Origin: Aplysia californica
Lineage: Eukaryota
Length of the DNA stretch: 64,000 bases
Assembly: GCF_000002075.1 (NCBI RefSeq)
Contig: NW_004797772.1
Coordinates: forward strand, 389,381-453,380
Direction: 5' to 3'
Positions 42,601 to 51,559 of this stretch are shown here, one piece after another (the stretch's first letter is position 1; each line of letters opens with the position of its first letter). A program made the translations under genes and the position numbers. The notes beneath the pieces are model-generated. The model made no database searches. It was given only the letters and a program-made list of their open reading frames with translations, and had not been told where the DNA came from.

Positions 42601-45600
42601 GGCAAGCGCCTGATTTCACAACAGTGCCTCATGTATCTATTTCTATTGAGTTAAAATTTGAGAGGTAACTCATTTGTCAGCATGCCTCACAACCATCTTT
42701 TGTGCCAGTCTGTTGAATGAGGAATGAGTGCCTGGTCTATTGAAGAGTGTATACTTGTACCCGTTCAGTGGGGAGCCCACCTTTTGACATGATATATTGT
42801 TCCAGTTTTTCGATGTAATTATTGCTTTTCCTCTTGAAATTCAGATGTTGTCCTAGTGGTTTCACTAGAATGATCTACCTACACAGTCTTAATGCAAAAG
42901 AACACGTCCTTATTTACTGTTTAACCCTCACTACTGCATTTTTAACGGGGAGGGGGGTTCTTAATTGTATGACACAGTGTGGTGAATAGAGATATAGTGC
43001 GTGTTAGTTATAATAGGTACTTGAATATGGAGTTACATTTGTATTTCTTTCTCCTTCCGTATCAGATTTTCCCAGTGTAAACAACCTTAGTGAGGTCACA
43101 AAATCTATTTACTCATGAAAAATTTTTAAAACCCTGTGTATAATATGAACAATACCCACAGGATGGCAATCCAGGACCTTTTAAGTTGATTTTTTGGGGG
43201 TTATTATTGCAACTTCTGTTCTGTAGCCTTGTAGTTATGATACTGGACTAGCAACCTCAAGGTTGTGGGTTTGAGTCCCAAGTTTTAAAAAATTGGCTTC
43301 CTTCAAATGCTTACAGTGATTGCTTATTTTATTAAAAATGTTCTGTTTCAGACACACTCAGCTGTGAGTGGAAAGAAAAGCTCATTTGTTCTCTCCGACA
43401 TTGAGGAAGATGATGATGATGATTTTGAAGGTGAGAAACTTCATTCTTAGAAGTAAAGATAAGGTAATATAATACTTTATTATATCAGAGGGACATTTTT
43501 CATGGCTGTACAGGACTGTAAAAACATATGCAGGTATACGTAAAAAATTGTAATTATAGAATTCAATATGAAAAGAGAAGTAAAGCTGACAAAATGTAAA
43601 TATCAGGTCAGATGCATCATTCAACCACATGCTGGAATTTGAGTACAAGACCTTTAGAGTTATATAGATACATACTCTAAGGAGCAATACACGTCTATGC
43701 TTATTCTGACAATAACCTTATGCTAGATGGTAAAAAACTTCTCTTATATCTTTCTTTCTTTGTTTTTAGAGGTACATATCTGCCGCTGCGTGTATTGTTA
43801 GTTAATGCTCAAACATAAATCTCTTATAGAGTGCAGGAGACAGAGCAATAAACAACCTTCAAAGAATTTTGTGTTTGCCTAGAGAAAGGTTCCAGTTGTC
43901 GGAAATTTTGGATATTAGATAGGGACATATTTTTATCGCAAATTCAATGCTGAACGCTCTGATTTCAACATTTTTCAAATGTTTTGAGTAGTTTTAAAGA
44001 TGTGCCACATTTTGTAACAGAGTGTAAAAACAGGAGGAAAACCTAATTTTTAACCTTTAGTGAAGAACATGTTGCAAAAATAAATGATAAAAAAAATTTA
44101 GTCTTAACATATTATAATATCCTTTTAATATGTTATTGATAAATGATTTAATGTGTGTTTTCTGATGGAACTAAATATTTGACCAGGTACTACTTTTTGG
44201 CCTTTTTACTCCTTTGCTGAAAAATAGCTTCGCCGACAACTTGGCCCTTTCTCCAGGCACACACACAAATGCTTTATATTAATAATAATAATAATAAATA
44301 AATAGCATTTGTATAGCGCATATCCCCGCTCAACTGCAGGCTCTATGCGCTTTACACTATATTATTACCCCAGCAGACCATGGAACACTCCGAAACATTC
44401 TCAGCTTCCCAGGAAGCACACAGTTCAAGCAGCTGATTAAGCGCTCAAACACTGACAAACTAACAAGATCTTTCGCTGTCTATAGCCGAGTACCCATTCC
44501 CACCTGGGTGAAGTGAGGAAAATTCGTGTAAAGTGCCTTTCCCAAGGACACAACGTCCGGCCCCTGACGGGATTCAAACCCACGACCTTACGGTTGCGAG
44601 TCCGAGAGCCTAATGAGACTACAGTATTTCACCTTTTTATGTGATTCGTTGGCAAGAGGTGTCACTCACTGTGATGAGCCGACTGATCAGCTCAGCATTT
44701 TCCTTGTCACAGGGATGAGCTGTATCACCAGCTTGACTATATGCCTCTATAAATATTCAAATGGTGCCAGTTCAAACTTTCCAAAATAATATTCATGTTT
44801 TACTAGCCCTGTGCTGTTCTTGTTTGTCTATATTCGTATTTCTCTGCATTACATGACTCTTGTTGGGTTGAGCAACGGAGCATCAATGGACATGTCGGGA
44901 GTGCAGGGATGTTGCTTCCTGAAACAATGAACAATCTTGTGTTGATGTGCTCCTTTTCAACTCAAACAAACTTTCAAAGCACTGAGTATTTCTCAAACAG
45001 ATTTTTTTATTTTCCTGCGTTGAGAGGATTGAAAATACTTTAATGCAAGAAAAATCCTGAGAAAATATGATGAAATTGAAATTAAATGTGTTCTCATTTT
45101 TGTGTTGTCAGCACAGTTGCATGTTATTACTGATACGNNNNNNNNNNNNNNNNNNNNNNNNNNNNNNNNNNNNNNNNNNNNNNNNNNNNNNNNNNNNNNN
45201 NNNNNNNNNNNNNNNNNNNNNNNNNNNNNNNNNNNNNNNNNNNNNNNNNNNNNNNNNNNNNNNNNNNNNNNNNNNNNNNNNNNNNNNNNNNNNNNNNNNN
45301 NNNNNNNNNNNNNNNNNNNNNNNNNNNNNNNNNNNNNNNNNNNNNNNNNNNNNNNGTGTGTATATTTCTCGTTGATAAAGTTTAGTAAGGCACGCATAAA
45401 ATGAGGTAAGATGAAAATGAATACACCCATTAGTTGTTTTTTTTAATTGAAAATACACTTTCAGCAACTTCTGCTACACAAAAGGTCAACCTGCACCATT
45501 GCACTAATATGCAAACACATTTATGCACTCTTCATTAGTCTACATCAATTTGAAAAGGAGGTATATATGGTTGCAGCCAGTCTGATGATAGAGTCAGACA

Positions 45601-48600
45601 AATTTGTGACCGGCTTACTTGAGCCTTGTTCAACATTGGGTTTCCATCTTGCGTACATGTATAATACATTACATTCATTCACAACAAAACATTTAAGTAA
45701 TACAATGCATTAGTGAATACAGTCTAGAATACAGTTTGATTTTCCAAACAAATCCTTTTAAGTAAATATCCCATCAGAATTTATTTCATGCCTTATAATG
45801 TGTGTGTGTATCTTTCCTGTTGACAAAGTTCAGTAAGGCACACATAAAATGAGGTAAGATAAAAATGAATACACCCATTAGTTTTTAAAATAATTGAGAA
45901 TATACTTTCAGCAACTTCTGCAACACAAAAGGTCAACCTGCAACATTGCACCAATATGCAAACACATTTATGCACTCTTCATTAGTCTACATCAATTTGA
46001 GAAGGAGGTACATATGGTTGCAGCCAGTCTGATAGATACAGCTAGACAAATTTGAGACCGGCTTACTTGAGCCTTGTTTAACATTGGGTTTCCATCTTAC
46101 ATACATTTATAATACATTCATTCACAACAAAACATTTAAGTAATACAATGCATTTGCGAATACAGTCTAGAGTACAGTCTGATTTTCCAAACAAATCCTT
46201 TTAAGTAAATATCCCATCAGAATTTATTTCATGCCTTATAATGTGTGTGTGTATCTTTCCTGTTGACAAAGTTCAGTAAGGCACACATAAAATGAGGTAA
46301 AATAAAAATTAATACTCCCATTAGTAAAAAAAAAATTGAGAATATACTTTCAGCAACTTCTGCAACACAAAAGGTCAACCTGCAACATTGCACCAATATG
46401 CAAACACATTTATGCACTCTTCATTAGTCTACATCAATTTGAGAAGCAGGTACATATGGTTGCAGCCAGTCTGATAGATAGAGCCAGACAAATTTGAGAC
46501 CGGCTTACTTGAGCCTTGTTCAACAATGGGTTTCCATCTTACATAATCTGGACTGTATACATGTTTAATACATTCATTCACAACAAAACAAATTTAGTAA
46601 TACATTGCATTAGCGAATACAGTCTAGAATACGGTCTGATTTTCCAAACAAATCCTTTTAAGCATATATCCCATCGGCATATATTTGACACGTTCTAATG
46701 TAATAATATGTAACATATATTAAGGCAGCATATTCCAACAAAAGAATTGTTATTGGAACAAATTTATTGTCGTATACAGACTACATATCCAAGATCGTAA
46801 TATTGAGCATCTACGGGAATAATGAATAAGAAAAAGAAGATGGGCAGACTGGAACATATCTTTATTGTGAATAACGATCTAAGACAAAAAAAACAGAAAT
46901 ATGTCAAAAGGAGTTTCAAACTGATACAAAGTGTGTTTTAAAAAAACCAATTCCTTTTCAGATGATAATTCACAATGTAATAAAATGGATAGGTGGTAGA
47001 TGCTCTCCCTTGTTCATTTTTGCTCTTTCTGCAGCGTTACTCAGTATCACTGTTGTCCCAATATGCTTGTGGTTGGTTGGCGGGTGCTCTGGTGTGGTTT
47101 GCTCCTTCTTTCCTATCAAACATCTGTCGTCCTTATCTTTCTTCCCTCTTTTTTTTTAGGTGTGTGTTTCTCTATTGTAAAGCCTCTTAGTAAGTCGGTG
47201 GTTGGTGGGTGCTCTGGTGTGGTTTGCTTCTTCTTCATTACTAAGAAACATCTATCGTCCTTATCTCCCCTCCTTCTTTTTTGTGTTTGTTACTCCCTTG
47301 TAACACCTCTAATCTTCGGCACTTATATGACCTTATTGTGTTGCAAGTGCCGTAAAACTCTTAGGAAACCCCCTCCCCCCAAACCTCTGATCTTCGCCAT
47401 TTACATGACCTAGTTGTGTGGCAAGTGCCTTAAGACGCTTACTAAAACAAAATTAAAAAAACAACTATTATGCTGCCTTGTAAGATATGGTCATTCTCTT
47501 TTTAACAGTGGATGGTTGGAAGGTAGGCCTACTGCCGGTAGAAATTCTTTTCTGTCCCTCAGTTGCTTCTGTCCAACCGTCTTATGTTTTTTTCCCAGCA
47601 TTAAATTAACACTATTATGTCGATGTGCTTCTCTTTACTCAGACAATGAAATAATCTTGAATTAATAGAAAAATAAATAGCATAAATGATAAGAACTGAC
47701 CTGCTGCTAACTCTAACTCAGAAACGATATTAGAAGAAAGGGTAACCGAGTCGAATAGCTAGATTCTGCATTATTGTTTTCCTCATTACTCAGAAATATC
47801 TGCTGACCTGTACTACAACTGTATCTTTATATTCTAAACTGTCATTCTTTTCTTTAAATTTGGTCGGTGAAATACATGCTTGCCGATTGAAACCCATCTT
47901 TTTTTTATGCTTAAGTTTACATATGTTTTAAACTAAATTTGCTGCAAAAAAGCAGGGAATAGGCCTATGAATTCTAAGAGTAAAATGCATGACACTGTTT
48001 GAGTAAAGAAAAGCACATTGACACTATAATGTCATTTAGTGCGGGGGAAAAAGATAAGATTAGATAATACATTATTATCCCAGAGTGAAATTTTTCTTGG
48101 CTGTACAGGACCGTAAAAACACATGCAGGTATACATAAAAATTTAAACTATATATTACTCTCGTTAATAGTCAATGTGAAAAGAGAAGTAAAGCTGACAA
48201 AAAGTACATATCACATCAGATGCATCATTCAACCAAATGCAGAAATTTAATTACAAGACATTTAGAGTTATATAGATACATACACATTGATGCTTATTCT
48301 TACAATAGCCTTATGTTAGATGGTAAAACACTTCTTTTATGTCTTTCTTCCTTTCTTTTTAGAGGTACATATCTGCCCCTGCGTGATCTTACAATTTGCG
48401 TGGAAAAGGGGTGTGATGGGTCGTTTATAATGCTTTGTATCTTTTTTATACTTGTGGTGTTATATATTTCATCAATTCTAGTAAGCATGAAAGACAGACT
48501 TAAAAGGGTAGAACCTACCAGTTGCACCCTCCAAGCACCCACCATGACACCATGTTAGATTTCTGTGAGAACGGATATCTTTTTGATCTATTACAGAACC

Positions 48601-48703
48601 TTATGCCTCGGTGAACACCAGCAAAAATTCGTCCCATTCGAAATCAAAAGCGCCCCTTCGCAGTCGACAGGAGGACTGCAGAGCCAAGAAAAAGAAAACT
48701 GCG
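5472..48703 (+). CDS. FANCM: FANCM, Fanconi anemia group M DEAH-box DNA translocase (multi-exon, 3'-incomplete; 19 coding exons traced)
   Basis: Spliced exons give [26 protein letters not shown] (motif I), [16 protein letters not shown] (motif II), LALSATPG (motif III), [18 protein letters not shown] (motif IV), an MHF-binding-like LAEWMAWQ segment and FDLGF (MM2-like). All introns are GT-AG and the phases join in frame. Confidence 0.95.
6086..6300 (+). CDS. FANCM: FANCM exon 2 (...[23 protein letters not shown])
   Basis: ttcag acceptor, GTATAA donor, Q-motif region. Confidence 0.92.
6595..7002. mobile_element. unclassified MITE of about 400 bp (copies about 42232-42635 and 48940-49368; partial 23271-23400)
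   Basis: Imperfect TIR ATGTGAGGCATCGTGGTGAAATCAGGCG / CGCCTGATTCCACCATGTTGTGACAAAT; recurring internal sequence. Confidence 0.7.
7193..7397 (+). CDS. FANCM: FANCM exon 3 (Walker A, PTGLGKT)
   Basis: [22 protein letters not shown]...EMT; donor GTAAAT. Confidence 0.95.
8205..8377 (+). CDS. FANCM: FANCM exon 4 (DEAH motif)
   Basis: [11 protein letters not shown]...[16 protein letters not shown]; donor GTGAGT. Confidence 0.95.
9087..9164 (+). CDS. FANCM: FANCM exon 5 (motif III, SAT)
   Basis: [26 protein letters not shown]; ctgcag acceptor, GTGAGT donor; too short for the ORF track. Confidence 0.93.
9470..9633 (-). mobile_element. RTE LINE 3' fragment
   Basis: Minus strand reads [27 protein letters not shown]. 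Confidence 0.7.
9896..11760 (-). mobile_element. 5'-truncated Rex1/Babar-like (L2/CR1 group) LINE in a FANCM intron
   Basis: RT ORF 10735-11697 ([41 protein letters not shown]) frameshifted from C-terminal ORF 10167-10589 ([10 protein letters not shown]); AATAAA plus (TCTTA)n tail. Confidence 0.88.
13164..13322 (+). CDS. FANCM: FANCM exon 6
   Basis: [40 protein letters not shown]; phase 0/0. Confidence 0.92.
14316..14447 (+). CDS. FANCM: FANCM exon 7 (insertion domain)
   Basis: [11 protein letters not shown]...[18 protein letters not shown]; phase 0/0. Confidence 0.88.
15703..15929 (+). CDS. FANCM: FANCM exon 8
   Basis: [30 protein letters not shown]; donor GTGAGT, phase 2. Confidence 0.92.
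16156..16919. mobile_element. Tc1/mariner-type MITE inserted in a family B copy
   Basis: TIR CAGTAGCCTCCGCCTAAACGCACG / CGTGCATTTAGGCGGAGACTACTG; TA TSD. Confidence 0.88.
17338..17590. mobile_element. MITE (possibly piggyBac-type)
   Basis: TIR CTCTTTAAACCC / GGGTTTAAAGAG, flanked by TCAA and TTAA. Confidence 0.55.
17689..18438. mobile_element. two related MITEs of about 240 bp (third copy at about 21221-21426)
   Basis: TIR TGTGAG.C.TGCTGA.AAAATGA / TCATTTTGTCAGCACGCCTCACA. Confidence 0.6.
18610..18704 (+). CDS. FANCM: FANCM exon 9
   Basis: [16 protein letters not shown]; phase 2 in, phase 1 out. Confidence 0.9.
18915..19629 (-). mobile_element. RTE LINE 3' fragment with (TGA)n tail, containing a nested insert
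   Basis: ORF 19138-19521 [13 protein letters not shown]...[13 protein letters not shown]; TSD TGCTAAATCA at 18905-18914 and 19630-19639. Confidence 0.88.
18999..19033 (-). ncRNA. minimal type I hammerhead ribozyme (Penelope-like)
   Basis: Minus strand GUUC-CUGAUGA-A-GCC-UUAUU-GGC-GAAAC-GUU-GAAC: full catalytic core, stem II, palindromic ACGU stem III, stem I GUUC/GAAC. Confidence 0.75.
19776..20792. mobile_element. Tc1/mariner-type MITE
   Basis: TIR CAGTAGTCTTCGCCTAAGATC / GATCTTCGGCGGAGACTACTG; TA TSD; TAAGATCCC subterminal repeats. Confidence 0.88.
21959..22125 (+). CDS. FANCM: FANCM exon 10 (motif IV)
   Basis: [16 protein letters not shown]...FIGQAS...GYTQKEQLE. Confidence 0.93.
23470..23965 (-). 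mobile_element. RTE LINE 3' fragment
   Basis: Minus strand [34 protein letters not shown]; (TGA)n-like tail. Confidence 0.8.
24550..24802 (+). CDS. FANCM: FANCM exon after helicase motif VI
   Basis: [16 protein letters not shown]...[12 protein letters not shown]...HKMFIT, matching the FANCM post-helicase region. Confidence 0.9.
25131..25483 (+). mobile_element. tRNA-derived SINE family A (other copies about 27448-27905 +, 44281-44615 -, 55378-55720 +, 61770-62105 -)
   Basis: A box TGGCCTAGTGG, B box GGTTCAAATCC, central TGTGTCYTTGGGAAAGGCACTTTAC..ATGGGTACC domain, L2-like tail (GTAAAGCGC..GCGCTATACAAAT) plus (TTA)n. Confidence 0.85.
25871..26004 (+). CDS. FANCM: FANCM exon (start of MHF-binding region)
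   Basis: ctcag acceptor, GTAATT donor, open in the required phase ([13 protein letters not shown]). Confidence 0.8.
26824..27065. repeat. 51-bp AT-rich tandem repeat interrupted by an insert of about 70 bp
   Basis: ATCTCATCTATGAATGTAATATATTTTTCTATGAATAATCTCTTTG repeated. Confidence 0.8.
27190..27340 (+). CDS. FANCM: FANCM exon (MHF1/2-binding region)
   Basis: [22 protein letters not shown] resembles the FANCM LSLSEWxxWQ...VDHS segment; donor GTAAGT. Confidence 0.88.
28517..28681 (+). CDS. FANCM: FANCM exon
   Basis: [16 protein letters not shown]; phase 1/1. Confidence 0.83.
29366..33397 (+). CDS. FANCM: FANCM large central disordered exon (4032 nt)
   Basis: About 1340 open codons, S/E/D/K-rich, containing FDLGF; cacag acceptor, GTGAGG donor, phase 1/1. 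Confidence 0.9.
33935..34160 (+). mobile_element. degenerate RTE (BovB-like) LINE 3' fragment
   Basis: FLGHL...[20 protein letters not shown]. Confidence 0.6.
34340..34452. repeat. (CACT)n microsatellite
   Basis: Direct observation. Confidence 0.9.
35685..36120. repeat. purine-rich minisatellite (GAGAGGAAGGAGTGATA-like)
   Basis: Direct observation. Confidence 0.8.
36017..38962. repeat. near-identical direct duplication, period about 1.6 kb
   Basis: 36017-37382 matches 37613-38962 with only scattered substitutions; both copies have a gap at the same place. Confidence 0.9.
39270..39750 (+). mobile_element. SINE family C copy
   Basis: Aligns along its length with 62945-63410. Confidence 0.8.
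39778..39861 (+). CDS. FANCM: probable FANCM exon ([16 protein letters not shown])
   Basis: ttttcag acceptor, GTAAGT donor, phase 1/1, acidic then basic like FANCM linker segments. Confidence 0.7.
39982..40224. mobile_element. piggyBac-type MITE
   Basis: TTAA-CCCTATCCGTA ... TACGGATAGGG-TTAA. Confidence 0.8.
41485..41573 (+). CDS. FANCM: probable FANCM exon
   Basis: Pyrimidine tract plus tag, GTAAGT donor, open in the required phase 1/0. Confidence 0.6.
43352..43430 (+). CDS. FANCM: probable FANCM exon ([14 protein letters not shown])
   Basis: tttcag acceptor, GTGAGA donor, phase 0/1. Confidence 0.65.
43455..43790 (-). mobile_element. Rex/Babar-like LINE 3' end fragment
   Basis: Clearly similar to 48052-48520 (ggctgtacaggac.gtaaaaaca...agaggtacatatctgcc). 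Confidence 0.7.
43870..44265. mobile_element. unclassified MITE
   Basis: Imperfect TIR TGCCTAGAGAAAGGTTCCAGTTGTCGG / CCGACAACTTGGCCCTTTCTCCAGGCA. Confidence 0.6.
44281..44615 (-). mobile_element. SINE family A copy
   Basis: Reverse complement aligns to 25131-25483. Confidence 0.85.
45356..46690. repeat. 436-bp tandem repeat, three copies, continuing into the upstream gap
   Basis: Matching blocks at 45793 and 46229 (offset 436). Confidence 0.9.
48052..48520 (-). mobile_element. Rex/Babar-like LINE 3' end fragment
   Basis: [12 protein letters not shown]...[10 protein letters not shown] resembles the C-terminus of the 10167-10589 ORF; (TCTTA)-like tail. Confidence 0.75.
48597..48703 (+). CDS. 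FANCM: probable FANCM exon (last visible; ends RAKKKKTA)
   Basis: ttacag acceptor, GTATGT donor, phase 1/0, no stop codon, so the gene continues. Confidence 0.6.
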
Positions 48704-50089
48704 GTATGTCTTATTTTGGTTCACTTTATTATTCATAGAAGAAGTAAGCTATGAGATACCACTGCTGGAAAGTGATTTTTTAAAGAAAATAATGACTGTT
48801 TACTAAGAGAACTTAGACAGATGGATCATGTCAAAAGAGGGATTTTAATCAGTAGAGTCTTCTTGAACTGAGCTGTTAATCCAAAAATAGCAGTAAATCA
48901 AAACAAAATACAATCTCAGATTTTAACATTTTAAGATTTATGTTGTGACGTGGGCTCGTCAATTTTTGGGCATTTGGAGTTATTGGTATCATCTTAAAGC
49001 TTGTTCTGTCATTTGTCTTGATTTTGATGAAAAAAATATCCATCTATCTTGGATAGAACTCAAGATATCTGCGGTTGAAGAAAGTCAGGTCGCCTGATTT
49101 CGGTGGTAAAATTATTGAGAAAATGGCCGCCAAAGTTTGGTAACTCCAATAGCTAAAGAGCCTTTGAAAACTGAAAAATGACATATTTTGTGCCTTTAAT
49201 CAATGTTTTTCAGCAAAATTCACATCGAAATATGGGTTTATATAGACATAAAAGAGATTAAGCCAAAAAATACAAATTCGATAAAAATTTCTTAACTGGC
49301 AGGAAAATGCCTGTTTCTCAGATTTCGTTATTTTGATAAGCGCCTGATTTCACCACGCTGCCTCACATTTTTACTTTTTCTAGCACACAACTCTCTAAAA
49401 ATAGAAACATGCATCATCACAGGACTTTAAAAATGTAAATGGGGTGGGATTTCCATATCAGCTTATTTTCCGACTTCTTTGACAGAACAGGTAGGTAGGG
49501 GGAAAAGGTTGAAAGGCTCCACTTCTTCTAAGTTATTCTCTCAGGAGTCAAATAACCTAGCTGATACAGATTTATGGGTGTCTGTGGTGTAGCGGTTCGA
49601 CACTTTGCTGTCGCACGCAGGAGACCTAAGTTCAATTACCGCTTGGAGAGAAATTTTTATCGAGTGTATTGGTGTTTCTGCTAAAGTGTTGAATCCCCCT
49701 CAGCGTGGGTTGGCCCTGACAGGCAAGGTAGGAAACCCACCTCCAAAATGATCTAAGTTGTGTCCATGGGAGCGTGGAAATGTTTTTCTGAAAAAGGTGC
49801 AGATTGATGCTTTTCACAGCAGTACATTCACAAAGGCACATTTGCAACATCGCATTCACAATGACATGATGACGACAATTCATCTTCATTTACAAACTCA
49901 GTCAAATACACCGTTGCTGGTTGTCGCAATACAGCACCATGATTTTGAGCTTAAGATACACACCAATGTACTCTAAGATTCACTCCAGTTAGCTGTTGTC
50001 ATTTGACATTGCTTGACATTTTCCGCCTGGACTGAATTCACTGGCTGCTCTGGCCAATGTACTGAGCAAAATGTCTCTAGAAAACATTT

Positions 50090-50540
50090 TAGCAAATAAC
50101 CAAAATGAAAAGATTGTAAGTAAAATTACGCAAATAGGACAAAAGATCGGTGCAATCGATAAGATTGTAAGATAGATAGCACAAGTAAGATTGTAAGCAA
50201 AATGGAACATGTAAGACCAAAGGAAGGGGGGCATAAATATGATTGTAAGCAAAATGGCACAAGTAAGATTGTAAGCAAAATGATGCAAATATAACAAAAG
50301 GCAAATGGCAGAAGTAAGAATGTAAGATGAATGGCACAAGAAGAATTGTAAGTAAAGTGGAACATGTAAGACTATGTAAAATGGCACAAGTAGGACTTCA
50401 AGCAAACTGGCACAAGGAAGACTGTAAGAAAAATGGTGCAAGTACAGCGGTAATACAAAATGTAGCAGGTAGAACTTACTGTAAGTAAAATGGCACACAT
50501 GGAGCAGTGTGAGCAGGATGGCACAAGTACAACTGTATCA
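50090..50540. repeat. degenerate minisatellite (AAAATGGCACAAGTAAGATTGTAAGC-like, about 26 bp)
   Basis: Recurrent GATTGTAAG and AATGGCACAAG motifs. Confidence 0.75.
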
Positions 50541-51401
50541 GCCATAATATGATAATATATATCTTTAGCAAAATGGTTCTTATTAACAGATTCTTTAAAA
50601 TGTAAAGTGACATAAAAGTGAAGTCACATAACTTGATAAGGTTGGTCCAGTATGGCCTGTCTGGTGAAATGGCATTAACAGCAATAATAGCAACATGTGG
50701 ATTATATGATGCAGACGCTTGTAAAAAGCTGTCAAGTTTTTGTAGTGATTGTAGCTACAAGAATAATGTTTCATCGTCCTAGAAGAATACTGGTAATTAT
50801 GCTGACATTTCCAGAAGGCAGATATGGTTGTTTGTAGTGGGAATGCTGTGGAATGTTGTTCATCCTCACAGCTGTGTTATCGATTAGATGCAGTCTTCAA
50901 AAATATTTTATCTGATTTGCTACCAAGGGGTTGTGGATTTGGGTCCTGATGGGCTGGAGGGGGGGGGGGAACTTTGTAGCTGTCTCCTCTCTCTCCGCCC
51001 TGGCGCTGACTGTATACCAATTTCTCATCATCTGCATGAGAATGGGGTTTGGGGGAGTTGGGGGTGGGGGTGAATTTTCACACCTGCTCTGTCCATCTGT
51101 TCTGGAGATAATCTAGTGTGTCATCATCATCAATGTACCGCTTCTCGTTACAGGCATGTCAACAGTCTGTGGTGGTTTTGCGTAACATTTTTTCAGGATG
51201 CACTGCATCACTCCTAAATAGGTCTGCAGTTTTGCTTTGATATAGTTCTGTCTGTTACGAAAATATGCAGTGTGCTTCTTGGCTGCTTGTGAAGCCATGA
51301 GCATCAACTTTTCCATTGCTGTATGGTGTCACAACAGAATCCACAAAACCTGTGGAAAACTTAGAGATCTTGGAGATATGTAGACTCCTGTAGTGACATT
51401 T

Positions 51402-51403
<2 letters not shown>

Positions 51404-51442
<39 letters not shown>
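51404..51442 (-). other. 39-nt poly(A) tract 117 nt downstream of the YTH ORF stop
   Basis: T39 on the + strand; variant signal AATGAA about 25 nt upstream on the - strand. Confidence 0.6.
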
Positions 51443-51448
<6 letters not shown>

Positions 51449-51559
51449 AGAGGATACAGGCACTGAATTCATTATGGTTGGTAAGCTACTCGGTAAAATT
51501 CAAAACACAATCAAATATCAATGCCAAACTTAATCTTTTACGGTCTTGAGGCATTTTCA

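Noticed and set aside
49576-49650. tRNA-like sequences (also about 36467, 38064, 25131, 62901)
   Set aside because: A/B boxes are present but there is no complete cloverleaf or pol III terminator; they read as SINE heads, not tRNA genes.
50090-50540. CRISPR-like periodicity
   Set aside because: Degenerate head-to-tail units without unique spacers, no cas genes, eukaryotic context.
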